From NCBI GenBank assembly GCA_000146465.1, contig CP001951.1: DNA of 64,000 nt; one strand, 5' to 3'. Of the stretch, positions 37,104-47,530 are shown piece by piece. Within the stretch, counting starts at the first letter, position 1; each line of letters begins with the position of its first letter. The notes below the pieces were generated by a model that made no database searches, was not told where the DNA came from, and was given only the letters and a program-made list of their open reading frames with translations. The position numbers and the translations under genes are program-made.

Positions 37104-38273
37104 CTAGAAACCCCCAAGGTTTTTTTCGGAATATTTGATTTTCTTCTTGGGCATCGATTTGACACTTTCGTCTTCTTTTTCTGTGATTTGTTTGATAATT
37201 TCATAGAGAGTAGAAACCACTTTTCCAGGCCTAAAAACCCCCTTTGGTGTCTGTCTTGTTTCATACACCTCCTTAAGCATCTCGAGGTTGTCGGGGAATT
37301 TTACAAGATAATTTCTATTCTTCTCCAAGCCTATCTTGATCTCCTTTACACATCCTTTGTTCCACATCACAAATTTCTCTTTAAAGAAGAAATAGCTCTT
37401 TTCTTCAACAAAGAAGAAACCTATAAGGTTCTCAACCTCGTATACAACGGTTTTGGAGTTGATTAGATCAAATCGGTCGCAGAATAAAAACTCTCCACCT
37501 CTCTTGTATAGCGCCAGCATTGATTTCCCTACAGAAATTTTCATGAAGTCCTCCAAAAAGATAGACTCTGCAGTCCTATCTTCTATGTTCAGAGATGTAA
37601 CCCTGAAACCCTTGCTGGTCCCCTCCTGTATGTAAAGCCGATCCTTTAAAATAGTTAACTGTATTCTCAAGGGAGTTGAGTATATAGTGCTTACCTTGAG
37701 GTTATTGAGATTCAAATGGAACACTTGCTTCACTCCCACAACTATCAGTTCCCGGAACAGATAGAAGTGTATGAAATTGACTCGGCCAGTATATGGAAAT
37801 ACTTTTTTGATCCCGTCCTCGTCAAACAACAGAATCTCCTTGGAAGTCAGAACAAATACCTCTCCAAAAGAGGATGTGGACAAATCTATGGCGCTAATGG
37901 AAAACATGCTTACTTTCTTCTTCTCGTAAATATACATGTGTTTTTCTGTAAGAATAAATGCCTTTTGGTGCCCAGTCACTAGTCTTTTGCAAGTATCCTC
38001 TATTCGGAAGCTATACTTATACTTTCCAAGAACGTTAAAGAAATGGCCGTCACTCGAATATATCACGCTATCGTTATCTATTTTCTCCATGAAAGCTACT
38101 TGCGGTGGGCTCTTTGATTTAACGGCAGTCTTTCTAAATGGAAATGCTAAAGGAATATCCAACTCCTTCCTGCTAAAGTCGAACTTGCCATTATATTTTG
38201 GAGCTCCAAGCATCTTAAGCGCAAACGAATCGTTCAAGTACTTGGTTGGTTTCTCCTCAGGAAAAATTATCAT
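37104..38273 (-). CDS. hypothetical protein (389 aa), probable beta-propeller with lysine-rich C-terminus
   Basis: CCC immediately precedes the ATG. Beta-rich composition with a KK-rich tail (MPKKKIKYSEKNL). Family not recognised. Confidence 0.4.
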   Translation of the reverse strand: MIIFPEEKPTKYLNDSFALKMLGAPKYNGKFDFSRKELDIPLAFPFRKTAVKSKSPPQVAFMEKIDNDSVIYSSDGHFFNVLGKYKYSFRIEDTCKRLVTGHQKAFILTEKHMYIYEKKKVSMFSISAIDLSTSSFGEVFVLTSKEILLFDEDGIKKVFPYTGRVNFIHFYLFRELIVVGVKQVFHLNLNNLKVSTIYSTPLRIQLTILKDRLYIQEGTSKGFRVTSLNIEDRTAESIFLEDFMKISVGKSMLALYKRGGEFLFCDRFDLINSKTVVYEVENLIGFFFVEEKSYFFFKEKFVMWNKGCVKEIKIGLEKNRNYLVKFPDNLEMLKEVYETRQTPKGVFRPGKVVSTLYEIIKQITEKEDESVKSMPKKKIKYSEKNLGGF

Positions 38274-38404
38274 GGGTGTCTAGTGGAGTAAGGAAATGAG
38301 TTGGACGGTAGTGCTCGATATCAAGAGGTTATAGATCTGCTTTATAGTGCATTGGATATTTTGTACGAGATCTTCTAGAAGAGGATAGGAAGAGACCCCA
38401 GGAA

Positions 38405-40744
38405 ATGAAATGCCAATACTGCGAAGTGGAGGAACTGCTCATAGAGTGTGTGGGGTGTGGAAAGCATTTCTGTAACTCGCGTAGTGCTTCATCGATATCT
38501 CATATAGTATTTCATCTTGTAAAGGCAAAGCATAAGTCAATCCGAATTGGTGGAGACATCAAGTGCAGAAAGTGCGGAGAAGATAATTTGTTCAAACTCC
38601 TTGAGAACAATGGGAAGATTTTCTGCAATGGATGCAGCTCGGGTAGAATGGTGGTTGAAGAGAGATGTCTCACTATAATCAAAAGCCCTGAAGTACAAGG
38701 AAAAAGATTGACGAAGCAACAGATGGCAGAGATGGAAGAGAAGAGTATGGCGTCTCTTCCCTATGTTAAATCAAGGTTTGAAGCCAAGGAGTATGTTGAA
38801 GTGTTTTCTTCGCTAATTGAAGCTGAGTGCAAGAAGGAAAGAGAGATAAAGGAATCGATGAGGCAAGAGAATGTATTTGTTCGATGGGAGAAACTAAAGT
38901 ACTGCTATTTTTACTTTCAGAATGGAGATAGTGAGCTGAAGATCAACATTGGAGATGAAATTAGATTGACACATAAGAGTGGATTTGTCCTACACGGATT
39001 TGTCAGTGGGGAGACTTTTAGCGAGGAGCTGAAAGTGGAGATAGAAACACCTGGAGACTATCCAAGAAGTGGATATACTGTGGAGTATCTCTGGAGAGGA
39101 ATATGCTACGAGAGAATGGAATGGGCCTTAAGAAAGTTATACAATACATATAAGAAGGAGACAGACAAAATCAAAAGAAATAAGAATAAGAATGACGAAA
39201 GAAAGCCATGCGACAAAGGAATAGATGTCTGTAGGGATTTGAGTGTACAAAGACCAACGAATAGAGGCGATATCGGGGCTATGGGGGATGAAGGAAAGAT
39301 GCAGAAAGGAAGGAAAAGTCTTAATGAAGGCCCATCGATATTTGAATATATCTTAAAAGGATATAAGGAAGGGATTGGGAATTCGGGGCATATTTTTCCG
39401 GTGCCGGATCTTCCCAGACTTAATGCTTCTCAAGAAATAGCTGTAAGAGCAGCTCTTGGAAGGAAGGTGACTCTGATACAGGGGCCTCCGGGGACAGGAA
39501 AGACCTTGGTCTCGTCTGCTATTGTTTATAACCTAGTAAAACACTACGGGGGAAAGGTTCTTGTTGTTGCTCCCAGCAACACTGCTGTAGATCAACTTAC
39601 CTTAAAGATACATAAGACGGGACTAAGAGTTCTGCGAGTGATGAGTAGGAGAAGGGAATGCGGGCAATCGGATGTGAACTTTCTTTCTCTTCATGAAAAC
39701 TTGAAGGAGCTGCAAGAGGGAAGAAAGAAAAAAGATGAGTGCTATGGAGACCATAATAGATACAACAGCATTTACAACGATGAAACCAACGAGTCATTGA
39801 AAAAACACCTTTTGAATCAAGCAGAAGTTATCACTTGCACGTGTGTAACATCTGGCCAAAAGATGTTCAATAAGTTCCGATTCCACTATGTATTGATTGA
39901 CGAAGCAGTCCAATCGACAGAGCCCTTGAGCCTTATCCCATTAGTGTATGGGTGTAAAAAGCTTGTGCTTGTTGGAGACCACAAGCAGCTGGGGCCCACT
40001 ATTCTTTGCAAGAAGGTAGCACAAGCGGGATTCAAGCAAAGCTTGTTTGAAAGACTGATTTCAATTGGTGTGGTTCCCTATGTACTATCGGTTCAGTACA
40101 GGATGGATGCGGATCTTTGCGAATGGCCTTCTGAGATGTTTTACAACGGAGAACTTCTTACTGGAGGAAAGAACTTCTGCAGATTTGATCTTGGGATTCC
40201 AACGAACTTCTTCTATGTATGTTATGGAAGAGAAGAAGTCAGCCCAAGCGGAACCTCGTTTGTTAATCAGGCCGAAGCCTTGCATTGTGAAAGCATAATA
40301 AGACATCTGTTCAAGTGTGGTGTTACAGAGAATCAAATAGGAGTGATAACACCATATGAGGGACAAAGATCTTATATTCTAAATAGAATATTTGGAGCCG
40401 AGCCTGGAAATCTTGAGATAAGCAATGTCGATGGTTTTCAGGGAAGAGAAAAGGACTTTATAATTGTTAGTCTTGTCCGAAGTAACCTATACCAGGGAAT
40501 AGGGTTTGTTGGTGACAAGAGAAGAATGAATGTGATGCTGACAAGAGCAAAGCATGGGTTGGTAATAATAGGAAATCCAATGACTTTGATGAGACACGAT
40601 ATGTGGAGTAATCTCTTGTCCTTCTATGATAGGAAAGGCCTTGTGATGGAGGGCCCTTTACACAATCTCAGACGAGTTGTTATAAAGCCCCCCAAGCTCT
40701 TCGACTTTAGAGAGATAAGCAGATCTCTTATGAATCAAATATAA
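38405..40744 (+). CDS. UPF1: UPF1 RNA helicase (nonsense-mediated decay)
   Basis: N-terminal CH zinc-knuckle domain (CQYCEV...CVGCGKHFCNSR...SHIVFHLVKAKHKSI...CRKCGEDNLF). SF1 helicase motifs [13 protein letters not shown] and LVGDHKQLGP, plus the motif VI region. Confidence 0.9.
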   Translation: MKCQYCEVEELLIECVGCGKHFCNSRSASSISHIVFHLVKAKHKSIRIGGDIKCRKCGEDNLFKLLENNGKIFCNGCSSGRMVVEERCLTIIKSPEVQGKRLTKQQMAEMEEKSMASLPYVKSRFEAKEYVEVFSSLIEAECKKEREIKESMRQENVFVRWEKLKYCYFYFQNGDSELKINIGDEIRLTHKSGFVLHGFVSGETFSEELKVEIETPGDYPRSGYTVEYLWRGICYERMEWALRKLYNTYKKETDKIKRNKNKNDERKPCDKGIDVCRDLSVQRPTNRGDIGAMGDEGKMQKGRKSLNEGPSIFEYILKGYKEGIGNSGHIFPVPDLPRLNASQEIAVRAALGRKVTLIQGPPGTGKTLVSSAIVYNLVKHYGGKVLVVAPSNTAVDQLTLKIHKTGLRVLRVMSRRRECGQSDVNFLSLHENLKELQEGRKKKDECYGDHNRYNSIYNDETNESLKKHLLNQAEVITCTCVTSGQKMFNKFRFHYVLIDEAVQSTEPLSLIPLVYGCKKLVLVGDHKQLGPTILCKKVAQAGFKQSLFERLISIGVVPYVLSVQYRMDADLCEWPSEMFYNGELLTGGKNFCRFDLGIPTNFFYVCYGREEVSPSGTSFVNQAEALHCESIIRHLFKCGVTENQIGVITPYEGQRSYILNRIFGAEPGNLEISNVDGFQGREKDFIIVSLVRSNLYQGIGFVGDKRRMNVMLTRAKHGLVIIGNPMTLMRHDMWSNLLSFYDRKGLVMEGPLHNLRRVVIKPPKLFDFREISRSLMNQI

Positions 40745-40846
40745 AGGGATTTCCAATCAGAGGAGGGAAAGAACTACTGTTTGGAATTACTAAGAAATAA
40801 AAATTCTTGAATTATTTTTATGTTCTTCTTTATGCTTTAAGAGGTT

Positions 40847-42781
40847 TTACAAGGTCTCTTTCTTAGGTATTTTGCTTTCACTGCCTACATCAATCTCTTC
40901 CTTTATGTCCAAAGCAGTCCTTCTGACTATAAACACAGGATCCTTTGTAAAGCTGTCAATGTTTAAGATCTCTCCAAAAAACTTAGGCCATTCTCTATAC
41001 GAATGGAGTAGTGCTCTTCGATACCTCCAGTCATTCTCATAGTTCGTGCACAGAGTCTTGGATATTTTCAATAGGAATTCGTTATCTGGGAAGTGGTCTA
41101 GAACCCTGATCTGAGAAAGAAAAGCCTTCCTGTAGCGTTTGCATACCTCAAGAACGATTCTTTCCAATTCTTGCTCTATACAAAACTCGGGGGAATTAAG
41201 CCGCTTGGCGTTCTTAAACGTCTTTTCGTCGCCCAGCATAGACATCTTCTCTTCATCCTTCGAGAGTTTGTTATTCTCCTCTGTGCTGTTAAATAAATTA
41301 AGAAGGATTTTGACTATCTCTTCCAGATCTTCGGCAATGTGTGCATAGACAGCATCCGAGACTCTTTCGATCTTGCTTTCGCATATCTCCTCAAGGATAA
41401 GGAACATTTTCTTGTGGGGAAAAGACCGGAGAAACTTGATGTACAGCTTGCTTATGTTGGAATAGTCGTTGACAGACGAAATAGATATCGATCCAAAAGT
41501 GTCTGCACACCATTCGATGTAAAGCCCGAAAGTTGTGTCTGTTACAGGTAGATTATCAGACTTCAGCATCTCTCTTTTTGAATTCCTCATTCTCCCAATC
41601 ATAGCCTCCAAGACTCCAGAATCTATTGCTTTTAACTTGAATATGTGGGAGGCACATACAGGTTCGTACTCTGTGCCTATATACTTCTCAAACAAATCTA
41701 GAAGTTCCTTGTCAAAAGACAAGCTAAGATATAAGGCAACATTCTCAAGGAAAAACCTCGGAGAAACAGACTCAATGTCCAGCAGATACTTCTTAGCCTC
41801 CTTCAGACATCGGCTTTCATCCGAGGGCTTATAGGAAGCACACAGACAAGTCTTGTCTTCCGATTCTTCAACTCTACATCTACAAACTCCATCATGACAT
41901 TCCTCTTCATATGGTCTTTGGTGAGGTCGGCACTCAAGAGTGTCCCCTTCCAACTTGTTTTTAGCTTCCTCCCGATCTTTACTGTTATTTGATGGCGAAG
42001 TAGTAGATTCAAAAAATGGCTTGTCTTGGCTAAAACTTAGTTCCTCAGGGAGTCCCTCCATTCCATCTTCTCTTCTGCCTCCCCCCGCACTATCAATCGA
42101 ATAGAAATCCGTTTTCTTTTCGCATTCTACTCCTTTATCGTCCCCAAGCTCCCCTACCGAGGATATTTTCATGTTTTTGATCCACTCTTCCATTTCCAAA
42201 CTGCTCATTTCCCTGGCGTCCTTGCATCGCCCACACTTATACTTCAAGCTTCTTTCCCTCATAAGCCTGACCTTCAAGAGATACAGCTCCACAAGAAAAT
42301 CCTTTTTCTTCTCAAACATTTCAAACAGCTCGTCAAACTCCGCCCTGCTTGTTCTGGTAAATAGGAAGGCTACAATATCAACCACCTGTTTTGTGCATAT
42401 TCTGGCAAACGGAAGAATAAGCTTGTAAAGGTAGTCTATGTATCCTGTAGAGACTTTATTTTCCCCACTGCTGATTGAAAGACCGCATTTACTGGCAACA
42501 AAACTTATTTCTTCATCTTCTTTTTGTTTTTCAAAATGGTCTTGTAAAGCATTTCCAACCATCTCCAACACAATCAGACTTGTGTTAAAATCCAATAGCT
42601 TGGTCCCCATCATAATCTTGACCATCTTCTCAAAATCTACTGCCGAGTGGCTATACACCTGCTGAATATTTCTGTATGCCCACACAACATTCTCCGGGTC
42701 GTTCATATTCAAGCTGTCGATCCGGAAAGAAAAGTCCTGGATGTCTGTACAGCCAGCTCCCTTGATCTTGCTGTCCCCCAT
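40847..42781 (-). CDS. hypothetical protein (about 644 aa) with internal cysteine cluster
   Basis: ORF-track start 42793 is TTG. The ATG at 42781 has CCCC upstream. Helical repeat-like, with a Cys cluster ECHDGVCRCRVEESEDKTCLC. Family not recognised. Confidence 0.4.
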   Translation of the reverse strand: MGDSKIKGAGCTDIQDFSFRIDSLNMNDPENVVWAYRNIQQVYSHSAVDFEKMVKIMMGTKLLDFNTSLIVLEMVGNALQDHFEKQKEDEEISFVASKCGLSISSGENKVSTGYIDYLYKLILPFARICTKQVVDIVAFLFTRTSRAEFDELFEMFEKKKDFLVELYLLKVRLMRERSLKYKCGRCKDAREMSSLEMEEWIKNMKISSVGELGDDKGVECEKKTDFYSIDSAGGGRREDGMEGLPEELSFSQDKPFFESTTSPSNNSKDREEAKNKLEGDTLECRPHQRPYEEECHDGVCRCRVEESEDKTCLCASYKPSDESRCLKEAKKYLLDIESVSPRFFLENVALYLSLSFDKELLDLFEKYIGTEYEPVCASHIFKLKAIDSGVLEAMIGRMRNSKREMLKSDNLPVTDTTFGLYIEWCADTFGSISISSVNDYSNISKLYIKFLRSFPHKKMFLILEEICESKIERVSDAVYAHIAEDLEEIVKILLNLFNSTEENNKLSKDEEKMSMLGDEKTFKNAKRLNSPEFCIEQELERIVLEVCKRYRKAFLSQIRVLDHFPDNEFLLKISKTLCTNYENDWRYRRALLHSYREWPKFFGEILNIDSFTKDPVFIVRRTALDIKEEIDVGSESKIPKKETL

Positions 42782-43118
42782 CAATGGGGTCAAAAATCAA
42801 CATTTATTTCGAGATCTGCCGCTCACCAGATTTAAAATTATGTATATCTTTATACCTTTTCATTACCATCATGGTCTTAAGATACTCCAATTAATACTCC
42901 ATTAATCTACTGTATGATAAATTCTATTGATTTTGGATATGTCATAAGGAACTTTTCATCACATGATTTTACACTCAGACTACAAAGGATATATAATAGA
43001 CTCTAGTAGTATCAGATTAATTACGAATATTTCCAAAACAAGAAAAAGAACACGTCTCTAGAACATATTCTTTGTAGTTTAAATGTATAAATAGAATGCA
43101 ATAGGAAGGAAATTAAAG

Positions 43119-44285
43119 ATGATAAAGCTCTCACTTCTCCTAAGTCTAGCGAGCTTCACTGCAGTTCTTGCAAACCAAAGGCCTCGCTGCCAAAGATGCC
43201 CAGTGAGCAGCAGTAAGTACTTCCAACAAAATAATCTTCTTGGAAGCAGGTTCCAAAACGAGGTACAGAGACTTTGCGCCCGCCGTGTGCGAGAAGAAAG
43301 TTCTTCTGAATCATCCTCTTCCTCTAGCTCTGAAGACTGCTCCCGAAGAAGGAGAAGACCCCACAGAGAATGGGAGGACAGCTGTTCATCATCATATTCT
43401 TCTTGCAGTAGCACAGATAGCTGCTCTTCAAGCGCCCCCTGCCCACCTCCAGTGGCTCAAAGGTGTGATATCGAACTCAAGACTCCTATAATCCTGATGG
43501 GAGAAAGGATCTACGAATTCCTCAAGAACTACGAGGACCAGTACAAGAAGGCTGTTCTTCTTTTCTTGACCAATATCCTTTCGCAGATCTCAGGATTCAA
43601 CCCAGTCTTCCCTGGTGGAGACTACGATGCTCTGATTGAACAACTCAAGACACTTGGAGTCACTGTCCCAGCAAACACTGCTGCCGAGCTTGCCGCCATA
43701 GATGCTGCTGAGTCGTCAGCCCTCACAAGGGCCATTCAGGCCAATGCACAGAAGGTAATTAGCGATCTACTTACCAGGGTCAGTGCCATGTGCTACTTGG
43801 ACATCATGAGCCTTGTCAACAGTGGTCTTCTAGCCAGCCAAGTCTCAAGTGTTTTCAACAACATCCAGCCAATAATCACCATTGCCGGAAATGATTTGTT
43901 TGCCAAACAGATGGCAGTGTTCCAGAAGATACCAGGAACTCTGCCCTCCGCTGCCATCACAGCTATCACCAATGCTCTCCAAGGCAACAGGACCAACTTT
44001 GTCACATTCTTTACAACTCAGACAAGCAATCTGCAAACAAGCGTCCAGAACTCTCTTACAACCCTGATTTCTGAGCTTGAGAAGCTGGCCACCGACACGG
44101 AGACTGCCTTCACAGCTTTTGCAAATGCAGAAATTTCAGCACTTATAAGCAGAATCTTCCCAACATCCACCACATCTTCGGGATCCGGAGACTCTACAGG
44201 GTCTGGAAGCACGGGAGATGCAGGAGATGCGGGAGATACAGGAGAGGACGGCGGAGATGATGAGGGTACAGAAGGAACTGGTTAG
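43119..44285 (+). CDS. secreted Cys/Ser-rich protein with acidic Gly/Ser/Asp-rich C-terminal tail; candidate spore wall (SWP1-like) protein
   Basis: 388 aa. Clear signal peptide [18 protein letters not shown]|NQ. N-terminal region with about 11 Cys and poly-Ser runs. Central Ala/Thr/Gln-rich domain. C-terminus [36 protein letters not shown]. Confidence 0.6.
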   Translation: MIKLSLLLSLASFTAVLANQRPRCQRCPVSSSKYFQQNNLLGSRFQNEVQRLCARRVREESSSESSSSSSSEDCSRRRRRPHREWEDSCSSSYSSCSSTDSCSSSAPCPPPVAQRCDIELKTPIILMGERIYEFLKNYEDQYKKAVLLFLTNILSQISGFNPVFPGGDYDALIEQLKTLGVTVPANTAAELAAIDAAESSALTRAIQANAQKVISDLLTRVSAMCYLDIMSLVNSGLLASQVSSVFNNIQPIITIAGNDLFAKQMAVFQKIPGTLPSAAITAITNALQGNRTNFVTFFTTQTSNLQTSVQNSLTTLISELEKLATDTETAFTAFANAEISALISRIFPTSTTSSGSGDSTGSGSTGDAGDAGDTGEDGGDDEGTEGTG

Positions 44286-44480
44286 AACTACCTATCCTAA
44301 TGTCTGAGTCCGGAATCGGCTGTTATAAAGCATAGCAAAATATCAGCCAGGACTCAAATGGCCTCGTGGTTAGAATATGCCCATATACTATCTTCGCTGA
44401 TATCAAGGCTTTTCACAAGGCTGTAAATAAAACTGATTTCCAAACTAGTGTATTTTAACGATGTGTGGTTGGGAAGACCC

Positions 44481-45833
44481 ATGAAGTTTGAGGATTTGAA
44501 AATCGACCAAAGAATTGAGAAAGGATTAAGAGAAAGTGGATTTGTAGATATGAAAGAAATTCAGCAGAAGGTTATTCCAATGGCACTGGAAGGACATGAC
44601 ATAATTGGATCTTCGCAGACCGGAACGGGAAAAACGCTTGCTTTTCTTGTTCCCATTTTGCAGAAGTTAACCGATCTCCAATGGAGCGGAGGAGATGGTC
44701 TTGGATGCGTGATAATCACTCCAACACGTGAACTGGCCTTACAGATATTCGACGTCCTCAGTAAAGTTGGAAAATACACTGTATTGAGCACAGGATTGAT
44801 TATGGGGGGACTTGAGACAGAAAACGAATCTTTAAGATTGAGCAATATGAACATTCTAGTATGCACACCGGGGAGGTTTCTCCAGCATCTGCAGGAGAAT
44901 CCTTATCTAAATACCGGGGGGATCCAGATACTGGTTCTTGATGAGGCCGACAAGATGATAGAGATGGGGTTCAAAGAGACTTTGGAAGATATACTTGGGT
45001 ACATTCCTTCTAAGAAGCAGACCTTGCTGTTTTCTGCAACACCCAAAGCCTCAACGGCTAGAATCCTAAGGTTAGAAGATCCCAAGATCGTTTCTATGTA
45101 TAAGGAAGAGGGATTTCCATCTCAACTACACCAATATTTCTATATGATGAGGATGGAAGACAAGGTCAATTATCTACATACGTTTATTGGAAGTAATCCT
45201 GGAGTTAAAGGAATTGTATTCTTTAGTACTTGCAAAGAAGTTAAGTTTCATTATCTTTTGTTTGAAAAGCTTAAGCTTCGCAATAGAATCTTTTGTCTCA
45301 GCGGTGGTATGTCGCAAAAGCAAAGAATAGATACGTTCAAAAAGTTTGTGAGAGAGAAAAACGGAATTCTGTTCTGCACGGATCTGGGCTCCAGAGGACT
45401 GGATTTTCCTAAAGTTGATGTGGTTATACAATATGATTGCCCATGCAATATTGAAACGTACGTCCATCGTGTGGGAAGAACAGCCCGAAATAATGAGGGT
45501 GGAGAGTCCTATGTGTATCTTGTTTATGGAGAGGAAAAACTTCTTGGGGATATTCAGAAGAAAGGATGGATTAAAAAACAAGAAACTGAAAGTAAAGATG
45601 AAGAAGACAGAGGTAGCTCTGAAGAAATTGTAGAGGGGCCAAATATCCGTATCAAGTCCATTGATAGGATGATTAAAGGCCTTATAAAGTCAAACAAGGA
45701 ACTTAATGAGTATTGTAGGAAGTATCTTACTACATACGAGAAGTTCCTTACATTCAGTAGTAAAAGATATTCCGAGAGCATAATAAGAAAGATCTCAATC
45801 CTATACGAATATTTTGGGATTTCAAAAGATTAG
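44481..45833 (+). CDS. DBP4: DEAD-box ATP-dependent RNA helicase Dbp4/DDX10
   Basis: ORF-track start is GTG. ATG at 44481. Motifs GSSQTGTGKTLAFLVPIL, PTRELA, VLDEAD, SAT, HRVGRTAR. The long match LQWSGGDGLGCVIITPTRELALQIFDVL...NILVCTPGRFLQHL is specific to DDX10/Dbp4. Confidence 0.85.
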   Translation: MKFEDLKIDQRIEKGLRESGFVDMKEIQQKVIPMALEGHDIIGSSQTGTGKTLAFLVPILQKLTDLQWSGGDGLGCVIITPTRELALQIFDVLSKVGKYTVLSTGLIMGGLETENESLRLSNMNILVCTPGRFLQHLQENPYLNTGGIQILVLDEADKMIEMGFKETLEDILGYIPSKKQTLLFSATPKASTARILRLEDPKIVSMYKEEGFPSQLHQYFYMMRMEDKVNYLHTFIGSNPGVKGIVFFSTCKEVKFHYLLFEKLKLRNRIFCLSGGMSQKQRIDTFKKFVREKNGILFCTDLGSRGLDFPKVDVVIQYDCPCNIETYVHRVGRTARNNEGGESYVYLVYGEEKLLGDIQKKGWIKKQETESKDEEDRGSSEEIVEGPNIRIKSIDRMIKGLIKSNKELNEYCRKYLTTYEKFLTFSSKRYSESIIRKISILYEYFGISKD

Positions 45834-45887
45834 AGACCTGTTTATTTATTAAACAAACATCAGCATTTTGTATTTTTAGCAGTAGAG

Positions 45888-47126
45888 CTAATACTCGTTT
45901 AATCTCAAGAGCTGATTATATTTGCTAACTCTTTCTCCCCGACAGGGTGCACCTGACTTTATGTATTCTGCCCCAACACCCACCGAGAGATCGCTTATAA
46001 AATGATCCTCTGTTTCTCCGCTCCTATGAGAAACCATGATTTTCATTCCATGTCTTCGAGCCACCTTTATTGCATTTATTGTTTCGCTAACTGTTCCTAT
46101 CTGGTTAGGTTTTACTAAGAGTGTATTGCACATTTTTCTTATTCCTGCATTCTCGACAAGTTGCGGATTGGTGACAGTCAAGTCATCCCCAACAATATTG
46201 ATTTTGTTTCCAACCTCGGAGTTTATCCATGTCCATCCATCATAATCCTCTTCAGAGAATGGATCCTCGAGACTATATATCTGAGGATATTCCCTAAGAA
46301 TTCTCATGTATTTTTCTCCTAGATCTCTTGTTGTATAAACTTCACCATCGAGATGGTATTTCCCGTCTCTTAGGAATTCGTTGGCTGCAAAATCAATGGC
46401 AATTTTCATTTCTGTTCTTTTGCATCTTCTGGATGCCTCTAACACCAGCTCCAATCCTTCTTCTAGCTTCTCGATTGGCGGTGCAAACCCCCCTTCATCT
46501 CCCACCGAGGTATATAAGGCACCGTACCTTTCAGATATTGTTTTCTTTAGAGATTCGTAAAACACGCATCCGGACTCTATATTTTTCTCTAAGTCATCGT
46601 ATTGATATACAACCATTATTTCCTGGACATCCATTTTATTTCCAGAATGAATCCCTCCATTTAAAACATTGAAGTGAGGAATGGGAATCTTTCTTTTGAA
46701 CATTCCTATGTCCGAAAGGAATTCGTCAACTCGTCTATTTGAATATGCTGCACCCATTTTGCAGAATGCAGTGGAAAGTGCGATTATTCCATTTCCTCCA
46801 ATTCTCGACTTGTCTTTTGTCCCATCCAGCTTCAATAAGCAATCGTCTATCCCTTGCAGATCATCAACAGGACACTCCAGCTCAAATATACTTTTTGTTG
46901 CAACCTCATTAATATTGTTTATTACAGTCTTAACTCCTCTTCCATTATAGGACTTCCCTCCGTCAGAAACCACCACGGCTTCTTTGGAGCCTCGAGAAGC
47001 ACCTGACGGACAAGAAGACCTATAAACACCTTTTGATGTTATCAAATCAACCTCAATTGTTGGATGCCCTCGGCTTGTTAGTATCATTCTTGGCTTGATT
47101 TCTTCTAAAGCATCTTTGACTTTCAT
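45888..47126 (-). CDS. ENO1: enolase (phosphopyruvate hydratase)
   Basis: SRGHPTIEVDL...PSGAS, the SHRSGETEDHFISDLSVGVGAEYIKSGAPCRGERVSKYNQLLR signature and the active-site region are all present. ORF-track start 47177 is TTG. The first ATG is at 47126. Confidence 0.9.
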   Translation of the reverse strand: MKVKDALEEIKPRMILTSRGHPTIEVDLITSKGVYRSSCPSGASRGSKEAVVVSDGGKSYNGRGVKTVINNINEVATKSIFELECPVDDLQGIDDCLLKLDGTKDKSRIGGNGIIALSTAFCKMGAAYSNRRVDEFLSDIGMFKRKIPIPHFNVLNGGIHSGNKMDVQEIMVVYQYDDLEKNIESGCVFYESLKKTISERYGALYTSVGDEGGFAPPIEKLEEGLELVLEASRRCKRTEMKIAIDFAANEFLRDGKYHLDGEVYTTRDLGEKYMRILREYPQIYSLEDPFSEEDYDGWTWINSEVGNKINIVGDDLTVTNPQLVENAGIRKMCNTLLVKPNQIGTVSETINAIKVARRHGMKIMVSHRSGETEDHFISDLSVGVGAEYIKSGAPCRGERVSKYNQLLRLNEY

Positions 47127-47193
47127 CTTGGTTTTGTTTTTAGATCTTGGATTGAGTCTATAAATGGTATTATCCAATTCCCTTTGACAGGAA

Positions 47194-47484
47194 ATGAAGA
47201 AAGACTTTTCAAAACACTTGAAGTATCTTTATATTACGGCACTCAATATGATTGGAATTCCATCATTACATAGAAGAAAAACCAAGAAAATGAAAATGAT
47301 ATCCAACAAATACCAGGTAAGACTGTCCCGAGAAATAAAGAGGACATTATGTTCTACTTGTCTCTCGATTCTTGTTCCAGGATTCAATTGCACATCAAGA
47401 ATAGTGAGGAAAGAGAACGGTCTATGTCTTAAAACTGTATGTGGATGTGGAAGTGAGAAAATCTTTGTGGCCCAAGGAAGATAA
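47194..47484 (+). CDS. RPR2: RNase P protein subunit Rpr2/Rpp21 (reduced, 96 aa)
   Basis: Zinc-ribbon core RLSREIKRTLCSTCLSILVPGFNCTSRIVRKENG...CGCGSEKIF. This matches the RPP21 pattern (RRDPSVKRTLCRGCSSLLVPGLTCTQRQ). Confidence 0.6.
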   Translation: MKKDFSKHLKYLYITALNMIGIPSLHRRKTKKMKMISNKYQVRLSREIKRTLCSTCLSILVPGFNCTSRIVRKENGLCLKTVCGCGSEKIFVAQGR

Positions 47485-47530
47485 TTCCAAGGTCTTCTAT
47501 CTGACAATAGATCAATTATGAAACACGGCC

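Noticed and set aside
43079-43491. ORFs 43079-43414 (-) and 43240-43491 (+) overlapping the 5' part of the secreted protein gene
   Set aside because: They arise from the Ser/Arg/Glu-rich repetitive coding region of the signal-peptide gene. No start context of their own.
44481-45833. Microsporidian sex-related locus (TPT-HMG-RNA helicase) because a DEAD-box helicase is present
   Set aside because: The helicase is clearly Dbp4/DDX10 (ribosome biogenesis). No HMG-box or triose-phosphate-transporter gene is nearby. The MAT-like signal in this window is the homeobox pair instead.
11777-47177. ORF-track starts at non-ATG codons (TTG at 11777, 21326, 21537, 31807/32196, 37079, 42793 and 47177; GTG at 22891 and 44448)
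   Set aside because: Reading the DNA shows these first codons are TTG or GTG. Starts were moved to the first in-frame ATG, usually with a CCC context. For RPS24 the start is an upstream ATG plus an intron.
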